Source: Lama glama (Eukaryota). Taken from it: 64,000 nucleotides of DNA. Below the pieces are notes generated by a model that was given only the letters and a program-made list of their open reading frames with translations, had not been told where the DNA came from and did no database searches. Made by a program: the position numbers and the translations under genes. The stretch is from positions 10,108,001-10,172,000 of the forward strand of contig CM052817.1 in assembly GCA_028534125.1 (NCBI GenBank), in the 5' to 3' direction. Positions within the stretch are counted from its first letter, which is position 1, and each line of letters begins with the position of its first letter. This document shows positions 12,440-25,299 of the stretch, piece by piece.

Positions 12440-12820
12440 TTCGTGGTAATTATCATTTCCAAATACCTCCTAGTTTACTGTCCTCTACCAGCTGTAGAGT
12501 ACAAGACTAGGGTTTGTTCACGTCTGGACCTTCAGGGTCTAAGGCAGTGCCTGGCAAGCACAAAGTGTTGATGGCATAGTTGCTGAATGAAGGAGTAAGA
12601 GCTGCCCTTCAGGGAGCTCTTACCACATGCCTGGCATTGTGCTAAGCCCTCTCGGTGTGCTGTCTCACTTAATCCTCCTAATTCCCCTGGCATCTCCATT
12701 TCACAAGTGAGAAGCTGGGGGTTAGAGTCGTTCAGCAGCCGTGTGCTGGATAACCAGGATGGGAGGGGGTCTACCTCCAGACGAAGCCCTGGACTCTCGT
12801 CCACTGTGCCTAAACCACCT
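12440..12820. mobile_element. L2 3' end followed by antisense MIR
   Basis: cagtgcctggca...gttgctgaatgaagg (L2 end), then accacatgcctggcattgtgctaagc...ccatttcacaagtgagaa (MIR). Confidence 0.55.
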
Positions 12821-13924
12821 CAACTGTAGTCTACAAAGTGGGTACGTATTTAAACCATTTTCATCAGGAATTCATTTCCTGGTCTATTTCCTAGTAACAG
12901 TAATGACACCACCTTGCAGAGGACTTTGTAAACCAGGAGGCAGGTGTGTTAAGGTTCAGGGTAGGGAGAAGCCCCATCACCGGCGATCCTCTGAGAGAGA
13001 AGGCAGGAAAGGAGACCAGCGGGGCACCGGTGTGAAGATCGGCTCCCAGCCAGCGAGCACCGGAGGCTTAGGCTTTTCTTCCTTGGGGGGAGGGGAGGGG
13101 AGGTCGGTGGGGGAGGGCAGGGAGAGCAGCCCGGCTACTCTGCTTCACAAACTGCACCCATGGCCGTCGTCTGCATCTCACTCAATGGGGCAAAGCGAGT
13201 GTACAGCAACGAGCCTACGATCAGGATGCTGCAGTGTGGTTTTCAACCAACTCAGTCAATGAGTGTGGGGTAACCAGGATGGCTAGGGTTCTGTGGCCTC
13301 TGTGAAGAGACGGAAGGCCCTCATCCCCTCAGCGGAGCAGAGAGGCCAGCCGCCCCCACCTCACCCCGTGTGTTCATTCATTAGGGAACACTCATTTGTG
13401 ACTAAGTTAAAAGACAGGTAGACCTTACTTGTGTCCCTAAAAAGCAGTATAGCAAAGCGCAATTTGAATCTCAAAAGTTAACTATATAGCCTAGGGTAGT
13501 TTACTATTTTAAAAACTTACTAAGATTCTGTCTATAAAGTAAGGCATTTCTTTTGCTTTGAGTAACTGCTTATTTTTTGTATAAATGTAGGCTTTCACAT
13601 GATGACTACTTTAACATGACATATTGTATTACAAATGTTAAGCACTAACAGAAATTGGGAAACTTACATTTACTTGCTCTCTGTAAAAATTTAAAAGAAA
13701 TTAAAAAGGTAAATCTATTATAGCCAACATACACATAATCCTAATATTTTCTTCATAAATTTTAAAGTTTTAGCATAAAGTATACCTACGTTTCCAATGA
13801 ATTTGCAAAATAATTTCCCTAGCATTTGACAGTGTACATTCTAAAGCAGTACAGACTCAGAAATGTCTGGGCGACACGTCCCTTCTCCCTACTTGAGGAC
13901 ACGTCATGCCCGGAGGACCTGCTG

Positions 13925-14035
13925 CCCTAAGTGTGTCCCAGGTCCAGCAGCACAGGCACCACCTCGTTAGACAGATTCTCCAGCCTCAGCCCAGATCTTC
14001 CAAATCAGAATCTGCACTTTAACAAGGTCCCCCGG
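13925..14035. mobile_element. MER5-family hAT-Charlie remnant
   Basis: ccagcagcacaggcaccacc...aaatcagaatctgcactttaacaaggtcccc is characteristic of MER5A. Confidence 0.7.
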
Positions 14036-14170
14036 ACCGTACAAACACCATTCCCAGGGGTGGCAGGAAAGCACTCTACACTGGAAGACCTGAGGCTGTG
14101 TGCCGCCCATCAGCCCCGTGCAGGCGGGGGGCCGGGCAGACCGGGCGGGTGGACGCGCGTCCTCACACAC

Positions 14171-14333
14171 CTCGAGCATGTTGTAGATGATGTAGAGCTT
14201 GATGACCGACTGTCCCCGAATCAGGTGGTACATCATGGAGTAGTCCACGTAGTGCATCATGAAATAGCAAATGACCAAAATGACACCCTTCAAGATGTCA
14301 CACACCTGGGCAGGCTGGAGCAGACGTCTGTCC
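14171..14333 (-). CDS. TAPT1: TAPT1 exon 4 (163 nt, DRRLLQPAQVCDILKG...VIKLYIIYNMLE)
   Basis: Acceptor gtttcag|, donor GAG|gtgtgt; phase 2 to 0. Confidence 0.97.
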
Positions 14334-15249
14334 CTGAAACATACGAGAAGTAATAAAAAAGTGAGTCTTACTACCTTGTATGTTCTTGAATAAATAATCT
14401 TTACTGAACACACACTGGCACACTGAAGTAATGGGAATGAGGGTGACCTTTTAAAAATTTCAAACAAACAAGGAAAGTTATGCTAACTGACTACTCAGCA
14501 GCACCAAGCTTTCTGCCCAAGTACAGAGTATAAAGACGTGAAACCAGAGTTACCACTAGAAGTGGGGAACACAGAGGGCAGGTGGCGGATAGAGCGCTTT
14601 GAAGCAATGGATTTTCTCAGTTAAGACACAAGCCTGTCACCTTGTCAGGAAGCCTTATAGCCCGCTGATCAGCTCTTCTCACACAATGTTAGCATTCTGT
14701 GCACACTGCTCTGTATTTCATACTTTTTATTTAACAGCATAATAGATTTTTCCGTATCTGTTCAAAGGAGCTCGTGTTTCCATGGCAGTGCAGTGCTCCA
14801 CCGTGCGGATCAGAATTTATTTAACACATCATTGACAGATTTCCAGCCTTTGCAACTGCAAATCATGATGCACTGTGCGTGTCATGTCTCGTAAGTGAAA
14901 GTGCCATCTATTCTAAACTTGGAATTTCAAGGCTACGCTCACTTGACCTTCTGGTAACAGCAGCTGTATTGCCCTCTGCAGGGGTTGAACCAACTTATAC
15001 TTGCACTAGAAACGTGCGAGCCCATGGGCTCCGTGTTCGATTGGCTCTGGGATCTTTGCCAATCCCACTGGTGAAAAATCGGACCTAGCAGTTTCAGAGT
15101 TAATTTCTCTCATCAGGAGACTGACATCTTCATGCATTTAAGTTACTTATACTTTATGTGAATTCTCTCCTCATATCGTTTTCTTACTGGTTTGTAGAAC
15201 AGCTTTTATATTCCAGAAGTTAGCCCTCCGTGACATGAGTTGAAAGTAC

Positions 15250-15496
15250 TTGGGAATAACACAAGTTTGAACTACCTGGGTCAGCTTATAGATAAATTTT
15301 CTTCAATAAACACGTGCTACAGTACTACATGGTCTGCGGTTGGTTGAATCCATGGAAGTGAAAACACGGATGCGACGGAATCTTGGATACGGAGGGACCA
15401 TGTATTTAGAGGGCTGGTTATAAAGTCACACACAGATTTTCAACTGGGTGTAGGGTCAGGACCCCTCACCCCTGGCTCCTTAAGGTTCAACTACAG
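15250..15496 (+). mobile_element. Tigger2-family MITE (second copy)
   Basis: aacacaagtttgaactacctgggtcagcttata...tactacatggtctgcggttggttgaatcc; internal sequence shared with the 11270 copy. Confidence 0.7.
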
Positions 15497-17038
15497 CTTT
15501 TCCTACTTAATATGAGCTGAATCATTCCTTATTTCTGAGGTCAGAGTATTAAGGGCTAACCTAAACTGTCAATGGAAATGTCTTCCTAAGACTCAGCAAA
15601 AAGCAAGTAAGAAAAGAAGAAAGTTAAGGTTACTTTCACTGGATATAAAACTCTTGGGACAGGAACGGGAGAGGTGCTTTCTCTGTCTCCTGCAGGCTCA
15701 TTCCTCAAAGCAGAAGATGCTCAGTCTCCCGCTCTGGCCACTGCGTGAACAGTACGGTCAACACACAGCCCGGATATCTTCACTAGGGGCCACAGAGCCT
15801 CTTCACTGCCACCTGTCGTTATGACATTTTGGCAAACACCCCAGGGGCGAGTTGGCTCTCGGGGGCCGTCGGCCTCCTGAGCTCTGACTTACTTGGTATC
15901 ATTCCTTGGCTCCCTATTCTCTGGCGCTCCTTCCAAGCCCTGGTCCACATTCAGATCAGGGGCGCCTTTCTTCCAAAGATCCTAGTAGGGTTCAACAAGG
16001 AATCTGTATTTCTTCCGAACCACCACCCAGAACACTGTTTTATAGGATGACGGGGAGGCATACAATGCCAATCCTGTGAGCAGTGATACAGACCTACCCT
16101 CGCTTTCTACAGTGCACACTGCACGTGGCTTTCAGTCAGGTATGAATCTGATCTGTTCACAGAGAGAACACGGAATACTGCTAAAGTCCTGAAAAGAGGC
16201 AGGTTTGGTGAAGACTGTGTCCAGGAAGGGCTAGAAGCCGATGAGACACTGGGCTGAACCAACGAGCCTAAATGGGGACGGGTCCGAATGGTCCCGGTCA
16301 GACCATGTGTCCTCAGACGAGCGCCATAAACCAAGGGAAGTTATTCTTAGCGGTTGAAGTTGAAATTCTGGGTAAAACCACATCGAGAGTAAAGTTGACC
16401 AATCTCTCTATCACCATTTCTCTGTCCCTTTCTGTCTGCAGTGCTGTCCCTCTCCCTGCCAGGAAGACTTTGGCCCTTTTCTCCTTATGAAAACCACAGT
16501 GAGCCTTATCTCCCATCTCCAAACACACAACTCTGCCAAGGGCTATTCAGCTATCAAGGTAATTTCGGCCCCGACTCCAAGATTAAAAACAGAAGAGGTA
16601 TTACATTTGTCAAAAGTTGGAGCTACATGTATTTTCAATTCAAACAATGAGAAGAGGAGACATCTGAACACTCTTGGGCTCCTGGCCTGTGTGCCTGTCT
16701 CCCTGGGATGGCCCGGGGACAAACTGAAGCATTAGCAAGGAGAACACACCCACCTCCCCCTCAGAATTACAGACACAGCGGAGCACACGCTGAAAATCCC
16801 AAATCGCCCACACAGTGTGGGCCTTTGTAATTAGGAACTATAGGTCATGTTTTATGAATTAAAAAAAAATGACAGGAACAAAAAGTAGGGTGGTATTAAT
16901 GAATTTTCATTAATTACCGAAAAGATTTAGAAAGCTAATTAAACTAGAAATCTATACTTAGAGCTTTCGGTACTAGATTGGCATCTACTTAGTTAAATGA
17001 TCTCAGGCAAAGCATCTAATTTAAGAGATAAAAGGATT

Positions 17039-17039
<1 letters not shown>

Positions 17040-17073
<34 letters not shown>

Positions 17074-17108
17074 TATATATACATGTGTGAATATATATGC
17101 ATATATAT
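17040..17108 (+). repeat. (TA)n(CA)n compound microsatellite
   Basis: Direct read. Confidence 0.85.
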
Positions 17109-17394
17109 CCAATTGTGCTTCTTTATAAACATGTGCAACAAAGGAACAATGTGCTAGTGTATCTCTGGAGGAGTATTATATTTAACACAAGTCACTGTTA
17201 GAATTTAGAGCTACAAAACATTGGAAAGATATATCCCCAAATAACATAATACTACACATTTTGAACCAAGATGACAATTAATTAAATTTGAAAATTTAGC
17301 ATAAATACCTTGAATTTAGCTTTATTTTGCCTGGGATTAAATCAGGTTGTAAAAATGACAGAAGAGTTGTAGAAGCACCTTATGGTACAATCCA

Positions 17395-17610
17395 CAGTTA
17401 CTCTGTGGCAGGTATTATTCTAGGCACTTCGTATATATACCTGTTTTATTTTTCACTATAATCCTATGAGGAAGGTACCACACCATCTCAATTTCACAGA
17501 TGATGCAAAGAGTAGTCAAGAATGTGCCTGCAGCTGCAGAGTTAAGAATCAGGAAGTGAGGGGAGCAGGGATCTGACCTTTGGCTCCAGAAGGCATGTGC
17601 TCACTCCTAT
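17395..17610 (-). mobile_element. MIR SINE
   Basis: ttactctgtggcaggtattattctaggcac...aatcctatgaggaaggta...atttcacagatg. Confidence 0.6.
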
Positions 17611-20600
17611 CTACCATTCTAGACTTTTCTTTAAAAGAACTTTTAAACTTACAGGAATCAGCAACTCAGCACCTTTTATGTTTTCAGCAAAATGTAATAC
17701 TGTATAATTTATCACTGTACTGTCACTTCACTTGGAAAAATTATTGTGCTAAAAAACAAATTAGCTATAATTTTTGTGCTTTATTTCTAAAAAGAGAATA
17801 AACAAGACTATTTCTATTAGAGTCACTGCCTTCTGTGCACTCTCTCTGGTGAAAATTTTCCATTGCTTATATCATAACTGGTTGCTACAAAGATGGCTCT
17901 GATTTTCAAAATTAAGGAGATTTATTCAAATAAAAAATAAAAGCAGCAGAACTCTTAAGAAACAAGGGTCTTGCTTTCATATAAATGTCCCTGCTAATGA
18001 AAAATGAAAGCTGCAATAATAAAAAAACTGTTTCTAAGGTGGGATCACATGTATCACAGCCTCTCTGAGTAAGAAAAAGAACCAATCTCAAAATGAGTTG
18101 ACCTGTTTAAAACAACTTGAACCAGTCCCAGTATCGGCTTCCTCCTCTGCCGGGGTATTTCTGCATGACTATACGATAAGCTGCTTATGGGGCTGGAAAT
18201 GCTCATCTACAGCACTGCCAATCAATTCCAAATCGGCTTTTGAACAATACTTCCAGGCCAAACTTCTTCCTTATAAATGCCTCTTTAACAGTAGTTACTG
18301 GTAATTCATTGTGCAAATGCTGAAAATCCCACACTAACACATAAAGAAGTGGAGGAAGCCGTTGGACCAAGCGAAAAACCCATGAATCTAGTTTACAGGT
18401 TGGCTGCCAGTTATCATGAGACAAGTCATATTAAACACTATTCAGGAGAACTTAAAAATTCTTAAATTTTCAAGTTAAGCCACTCTTACAGAATTTAAAT
18501 TTTCTGCATATCTAAATTTTATCTTTCGGTCATTCAAATACTTCCATTGGATTTGCACAATTATCAAATAAAGTGACCCAGTTGCTTCAAAGGATGCTTT
18601 ATGGGAATAAGAAAGATGTAGCAGAAAAAGACGACCAAGGCTTTTCCTTGCACATTTAGCAGGAGATAATATGCCAACTAAGACTAAAGTAAAAACTGGT
18701 AGTAAATGGAAAGATCAGGAAGGAAGAAGAGGCAACACAAATGACCAAGCAAATGAGGTAATCCCTGCCGAGCAAACTTTCCGATCGGCGCTGAAACATG
18801 CCACGGTGCCAGCACGAGGTGTTTCATTACAAAAGACACAGGCTGGCTCGCTCTTTCTCTTTCTCTTTTAATGTTTTTAGCTATTTGTGGCATAACTGAA
18901 AGAATGAAGAAATACAAGCACTACTGGAAAAAAATGTAAAATAATAAAAATGGTCCTCATTTTTGGAAGAAAAGTCATTTTATAATTTTAAAGTAGAATA
19001 AAGTATTGAGGTGAAGATGTTTTCCTTAATTAGAAAACTGAAATTTTTAAGTCTTAAGTTTCTGTGGCATACAGTAGAAAAATAGTTACAAATGCTTAAA
19101 TGGAATGATTAAAGTATTCTTTCGGCTTTACAATAATTTCAAACTATCAGAAGAAGTACTGGTTTTATAAAGCTGTATTTGGTGCTTGGAATGATGCAAA
19201 ATAAAAACTGCTTATATTGAAGGTGAGTGATGGGGCATTAGAAATGACCTATTTGCTGTCAAATCTAGACCGATGCATAGAATTAAAGATCATTTTATCA
19301 AGCGATTTTCCTGTTAGGTGAGATCATGCTCAAATCCTGACCAAATGTGGACAAAGTAATGTTAAGACCAAGTAAGAATGGGGGACCCACATTGCTTCAG
19401 TATGTGCCAATCCCCAAATGGCTGTATCTGCTGATTTTTTTTTCATCATGATAAATATACGTTTGTTCTGATGTCAATTTGGCCAAGAGTATAGAAGGAA
19501 AAGTCAGGGTTTACTCACCACAAGGAGTCCCTGTGACACCACATTCCATCCTATAAAGGAAGTGAAAGTGCTCCTCCCTCCGGTCTGATTCACGAGAGAG
19601 AAAGAGAGAGAGAAGGTTGTCATGTTGCCACGCTGCTTAGAGCGTCCCGGTGAGGAGACGGGGGAGGACACAACCTGAGGTTATGAAGACTCTCTAATCA
19701 ATGTGCTGCTCCCTACAAACCAGCCACACAGATCAGCCCTGGTAAGAGGAAATAACAGCCATGCTCGTTTCCCCAGAGAAAGCTACCAAGAGCTCTCCCT
19801 ACACGTGCGACAGGGGGTGGCACTGGTCACTCAGGCCAAAATCAAGGCTTATGTCTAAAAAGGGGAAAATCTACTATATATGTATATGTGTGTGTTTATG
19901 TACGTGAAGTTAATTTTAGGTAGAACTACCTTGAAGGAGGTAAGGCATACGGAGGAAAACCCAATGGGTTAAGAAACTCAAGCATTTGAAATTCATAATT
20001 CTTCAGGGAGATAAGAGCTTTCTAAGGGTAAATTCTCAAAAGAAAAAGACACCATTGCCTCTTAAAAACAAAAAAGTACTTTAAGCCTCAAGTAAGAGTT
20101 ATGCCTAAAACCATGGCATGAGATCCATAAAATTTCCTTGCACATATTTTATTTACTCTAATAGCAAAAGAAAAATATGCCAGCATTTCTTACTTAAACC
20201 TACTCTACACTATTACTGTCTAAAATATTTTAGCAAGGTTTTCAAAACTATCTGTTCTTGGCACTAGATAGTATCATTTTTCTCTACAATCTCCCTCAAC
20301 TTTTAACCCAAATATGAAAAATCTGAAACACAAAACGAAATTGCAGGTTTGAGGAGGAAAAAGGATTCACAGAAATGCCAGGTAAATTAAAACCACACGT
20401 ACAGTTGGTTATTATTTATTTATTCTATAATTTTGGAAAAAAGATGTTGGATACCTCTTTAGCATAATAGAGAGCATTCTATTTTTCTAAAAAACAAAAT
20501 GCTTTCATTCTCCCATGAATACAGAGACCTCATATAATGAATCAAATTTCAATTCTGATTTCCATGTCCTCCTCATTAAAAAAATTATCCTAATTCAGTA

Positions 20601-23600
20601 AGTTTCTCAAATGTTTTTCCAAATTATACTACCCTATTGGGGAAAGAGGGAAGAAGTACTTTAATGAATCAGCTTTTAAAGAATCTGGATGTATTTCTTT
20701 ATTTATTTTGGTCTACAGCAAAATATTTGGCGGCAAAGATTTTTCAAGATTGTTAATTCATTAGCAATAGCTTTCACTTAAATGTTCTTGATATTACTAA
20801 GGACAGGTATAAACTTTTTATGGAAACAGTGCATCCTTTGCAGACAACACATACACAACTCTGTAAAAAATACAGAGCCAAGAAAATCACCCTGCCAACA
20901 TTTCAAAATGAAAAACTTTTAACAGAGCCAAAAGTTGGCAAAATGCTCACCAGTGGAGCCAATCACAATGAAGGCTGGGTTTCCTTGAGAGGTGGCAGAA
21001 CCACTCTGGTCCTCAGCCTTAATGAAAGGCAGCGAGACTACTTGGCTGTCAGCACTTTAAAGCCCAAAGCCAAAACCAAACACCATGGCAAGTCTGTGAA
21101 AGATTTGGAAATAGGTTTAAAGAATCAATTCTAAAGCAGAAAATCTGGGAGACTGTCAGCTTTCAGAAGCCTCTTGCAAATGCTGTACCAGATCTAACTG
21201 TGCAAGTAGCGGAGGTGGGAACACTAATCTCACTTCTGGAAGGAGGGCGCTAACAGCGCTCTGCTGCCGGCACGACGCTACCACCACCGCACTGGAGACT
21301 GCAAACAGCTCCTGCTTCCAAGTCAGCATCTCGGTTACTTGGACAAATATCTCCTTTTTCCCCCTTTTGGGGAATACTTTCAAAGAACTAAGGAACTAGG
21401 AAGACAGTAACTTTAAAAAAAAAACAAAAACAGCAAGAAGACTAAAATCCAGGAGTGTGAGAAAAAGAAAACAGACAAAAGGATACAACCAACTTCTTTG
21501 CTGGTCTCTTTAATTCCTTCTTATCCCTTTGAAAAAGTAAAGTCAGACTGGAGGAAAGAGCACTTCTTGCTTGCTGAAAAAGATGGAACGTGGTACAGCC
21601 ACAGGCAAGACAAATCAAATAATCTTTCATGGAAGTAGACAATGTTGGAAGAAAAGCTATAAGGAGGCAAAATTTGGCTGATTAATAATTTTGTTCATAT
21701 TCCTAAAAATATGTGAAAGGTCTTAGACTTAATATGAACAACAGCTTTGCTAATATAATTGCTGATATAATTTTTCACATTACATTTCAAGTTTCAAATA
21801 TTTCAAGTTTGGTGCTTCAAAAAAATAATGCTCAAAAATACACTGTTTTATAAATTGCTCAAAGAAAATATAAACTGCAGCTCACACTGCTGTAAGTAGA
21901 AAGCACTTAATTCTGATAAATTATACTTTAGGCATTAAGGCAGGAAGGCAGTATCTTAATATTCTATATCTACACTCACACCGAGCATTTAAAAGTGCTG
22001 AAATTCTGTTATAATAACAATTTTAACTGCATGTTACGTTTTACATTATCATATATTTATTAGTGGTGGCATAAAATGTAATTTTTCAGTTGATCCAAAC
22101 TGCAGAAACAGTAAGAACTGTTTCCACAGGAAACAGTGTTAACAGGCTGCCCTCTGGTGGCAGTTAAGCCATAACACCTTGAAAATAGAATGTATTTGAA
22201 TTCTGTTTTAAAATGTTACTCAGATTAAGTTAGATTGAAAAATATTTTAAAGTGATCCACAAAAGTTATCATCTTTACTTTATATGCTTTAAAATATCTT
22301 AAAATACCTAGAAATGGCTGGCTCAGGGACAACCAACCACACACTCCAGCGTATGCGAGTAGCGGGCGCCGGCTTCCCCGCGCTGCAGCACCTCTGTGTT
22401 CTCAGAACAAACACTGAAAGACTGCTCCAATGTTACTTTGGTGTCTTGCTCCCCCAAGTGACAAGAGACACAGTTTAGATGCCCATGCAACAAGATTGCT
22501 CTTCAGATAAGGACCTAAAATAAGAGGCCCTTGGGAACATTTCAAATCTCTCAGCCAGCGAACGTCCCCTAACACACCCAAGAAGGAGCCCCCCCGGAAG
22601 GGTGTTTCTGGGTACACATCCTCCTAATGTTCTAGCTCATCATGCCAACAGTCATTAGAACATGCTCTGTCTTTAAAGGCTACTTGCGCCAAGACGGCTA
22701 GAACGTGATCTGCCTCACACTGTTGATCCAACAACAGCTAAAAAGTAATCTCACTCGTAGTGCAGACGTGAGCATCTCCACACGGCACGAGCTGTCTTAT
22801 GTCAGGTACTTGCACCTGGCTTTACCCAATTTTCCGGGTGTCCATCCTTGTCACACAATCGCACATGAAGATTTATATTTAGTAATGTCTTACTAGACTT
22901 CCTTCCTGCTCTTCTTAAAATAGCCACGATTTTATTGGGCTCCCAATGATGATAAAGGAACAGTGACAGAATACGGCATCAGGCTTTGTTAACACTGAAG
23001 TGCCATGCTCCAAATGTCTTTAAAAAAGGTGTGCTGATATGAACAAAGCCTTCTTAAAAATTCCCCCAAGGGCATAAAGTATGTACCTGAATTTCTTAAA
23101 GTTAATGGTGAATTCCTAAAAAAGATTCTCCCATTTGATTAACATGTAATTAATAAAATATGTAACATAATTCTCTCATTCTGGAAGGACAGTAAGATTA
23201 CAGAACATAAAGTATCACATAAAACAATGATGTGATCTTATTCTTATCATTGTTTTACTCCATGCAATCTTGCAAAGAAGTTTTCCTCTTACCACAATAT
23301 GATCATCATGATCAATAAATAAATTCTTCCAATTTATACTACAAGGATATCTTTCTTATTAAAACTAAGGCTCATTTTAAAAATGAATGCATGTGTTAAT
23401 CAGAGCTTACTAAATATTAAGTATATGTTCATTTACTACATTAAAAGAGAATCTTCCATGACTTTAAAGTCTTTAAAAAACTTCAACATATAGTTCTGTA
23501 TATTGACTAATAATTTTTAAGTTATCCATTATCATGTTATTAATTATATATTTTATATACCATGGATGAATCATCTACTTTATAGTTAAATACAGTTTCA

Positions 23601-24657
23601 CGTATTATTGTCCATTTCAGTATTTTAAAACTTTTTCAGAATGAAATGTATTTAGAACCGTGATGCATGCTAGACACCTCCATTGGGCAGCTGGAGCGAG
23701 AGCTCTGCAGCAACGTTACAGGGAGTGACCATCCCGAGCGGACGTACGTTGACATAACAACACAGAGGAAAACCTGTCAACTCCAAATTTCTAACCTCAA
23801 GATCAACAAAGCATGAAGAGTCACGTTAGTTTTACATTTTCATCTTCCTGTGTCTACTTTTGGTAGAGAAGGAAGGAAATAGTATTTGTTCCTGTCTACT
23901 GCACCAGGCACTACACTGAATATTCTTTTTACACCTCAGTCTTTGCGGTAAAAGATACTGGTTCTCAACATCCCCTTTCTACTGACGGAGACACAGGCTT
24001 GGAGAAGTCAGGCAGTTGCCCACAGCTCACCAGCTAATCAGCGTTTGACCAGGCTGGTGATCCTTCCCAGCAGGACGATGGTCTTCAAGAGTTTGCCCCT
24101 CTCACAAATCAGAGGGCGTCTCACCTGTAAGCAGTAACTAAGGCTCGCTAGGCCACGCACACGGTGACTGTCAAGTGAGATGGAGGAGAAACCCTGCAGT
24201 TAAGAGCTCCCTGGGAGATTCTGATGCCACTCGCCCTCGCCTCTCAGACCAGAACAAAGCCTTCACTTTACAGATGATGCCCAGGAGGCCGAGAGATGCC
24301 AAGAAAATAAAGGCACTGGGTGAGGCGGCAGAGTGGCAATGAGGTCCTTGACCCAGTGCTGGGTCCTTCCTATTCTTCCACACAGGCTCCTGCATTGCTA
24401 ACATTAGGTCACTGGCCGGAGCAAAGCTCTGGTTCAAAACCATTTGGAAAGAAAAATGTGCATATAAAAAGCAGAAATACTATATAATATTCACTAAAAA
24501 GACAAAAACATTAGTTTATATAGTAAGGGCCAAAGTGTGAATGCAACTTTATGAATTATCCCCATTCTAAAAAAATCTATCCAAGTGATTATTTATTTTA
24601 ACTACAAGCAGTAAAAATAATCTAGACATTTGAAATAGTTCATGATCTGAAACTTAC

Positions 24658-24776
24658 CTTAAGCCGTAGCAGGGCAGCGTGAAGAGCCTGAACAGTGCCA
24701 GGAAAACTCTTAAAGGAAGCAGGGTGAACACGTACAGAAACGCATCCAGGCACAGGAAGATCCCAAACACCATGAG
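24658..24776 (-). CDS. TAPT1: TAPT1 exon 3 (119 nt, LMVFGIFLCLDAFLYVFTLLPLRVFLALFRLFTLPCYGLR)
   Basis: Acceptor atccag|, donor AAG|gtaagt; hydrophobic transmembrane-like segment; phase 0 to 2. Confidence 0.97.
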
Positions 24777-25299
24777 CTGGATTTTAAAAGGAGAGAAGAA
24801 TACAAAAAAACAAAAGATCAAATAAATATCCTTTAAAATACTGCAGATGAAAATTTCAAACAATCAAGGAATTTCTAAACTTTGTAGGAAATTCATTTCT
24901 CATAACTATGAGAATAACAAGTTAATAGTTCTCCTCGTGTATATGAGACATATTTCAAAGAAGAAATCCTTTTTCAAAATGCAACTCTGTAGTTCTTCTT
25001 CCAGAGTTCACCACCTACACAGGTCCATTACTCAGCTGAGCACAGCTGCGAAACGTCAGACGCGGCTTTGTGAGTACTTCCTCAAACTTGGGCTGACAGA
25101 GAACCTTCCAGATGAAACTTTGAAACTAACTTTATGCTTCATAATTTTGTTGTTTCCTGTTTATCAGAGTACTTCATGGATGAGAAAGATTGTAAATATA
25201 CTGACTTAAAGTACTGTTTATGTTAAAAATATGTAAAGTGGTCACCATTTGGACACAATTTCATATATACTCCAACTTGCTGTACTCGGAAGGCATTAT

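Noticed and set aside
23342..23351. ATATCCTTG (AT-AC-type donor-like) on the minus strand in intron 3
   Set aside because: Imperfect match with no plausible upstream exon.
24118..24135. cttacag|gtgaga recursive-splice-like motif in intron 3
   Set aside because: Weak polypyrimidine tract, and the intron is much shorter than those known to use recursive splicing.
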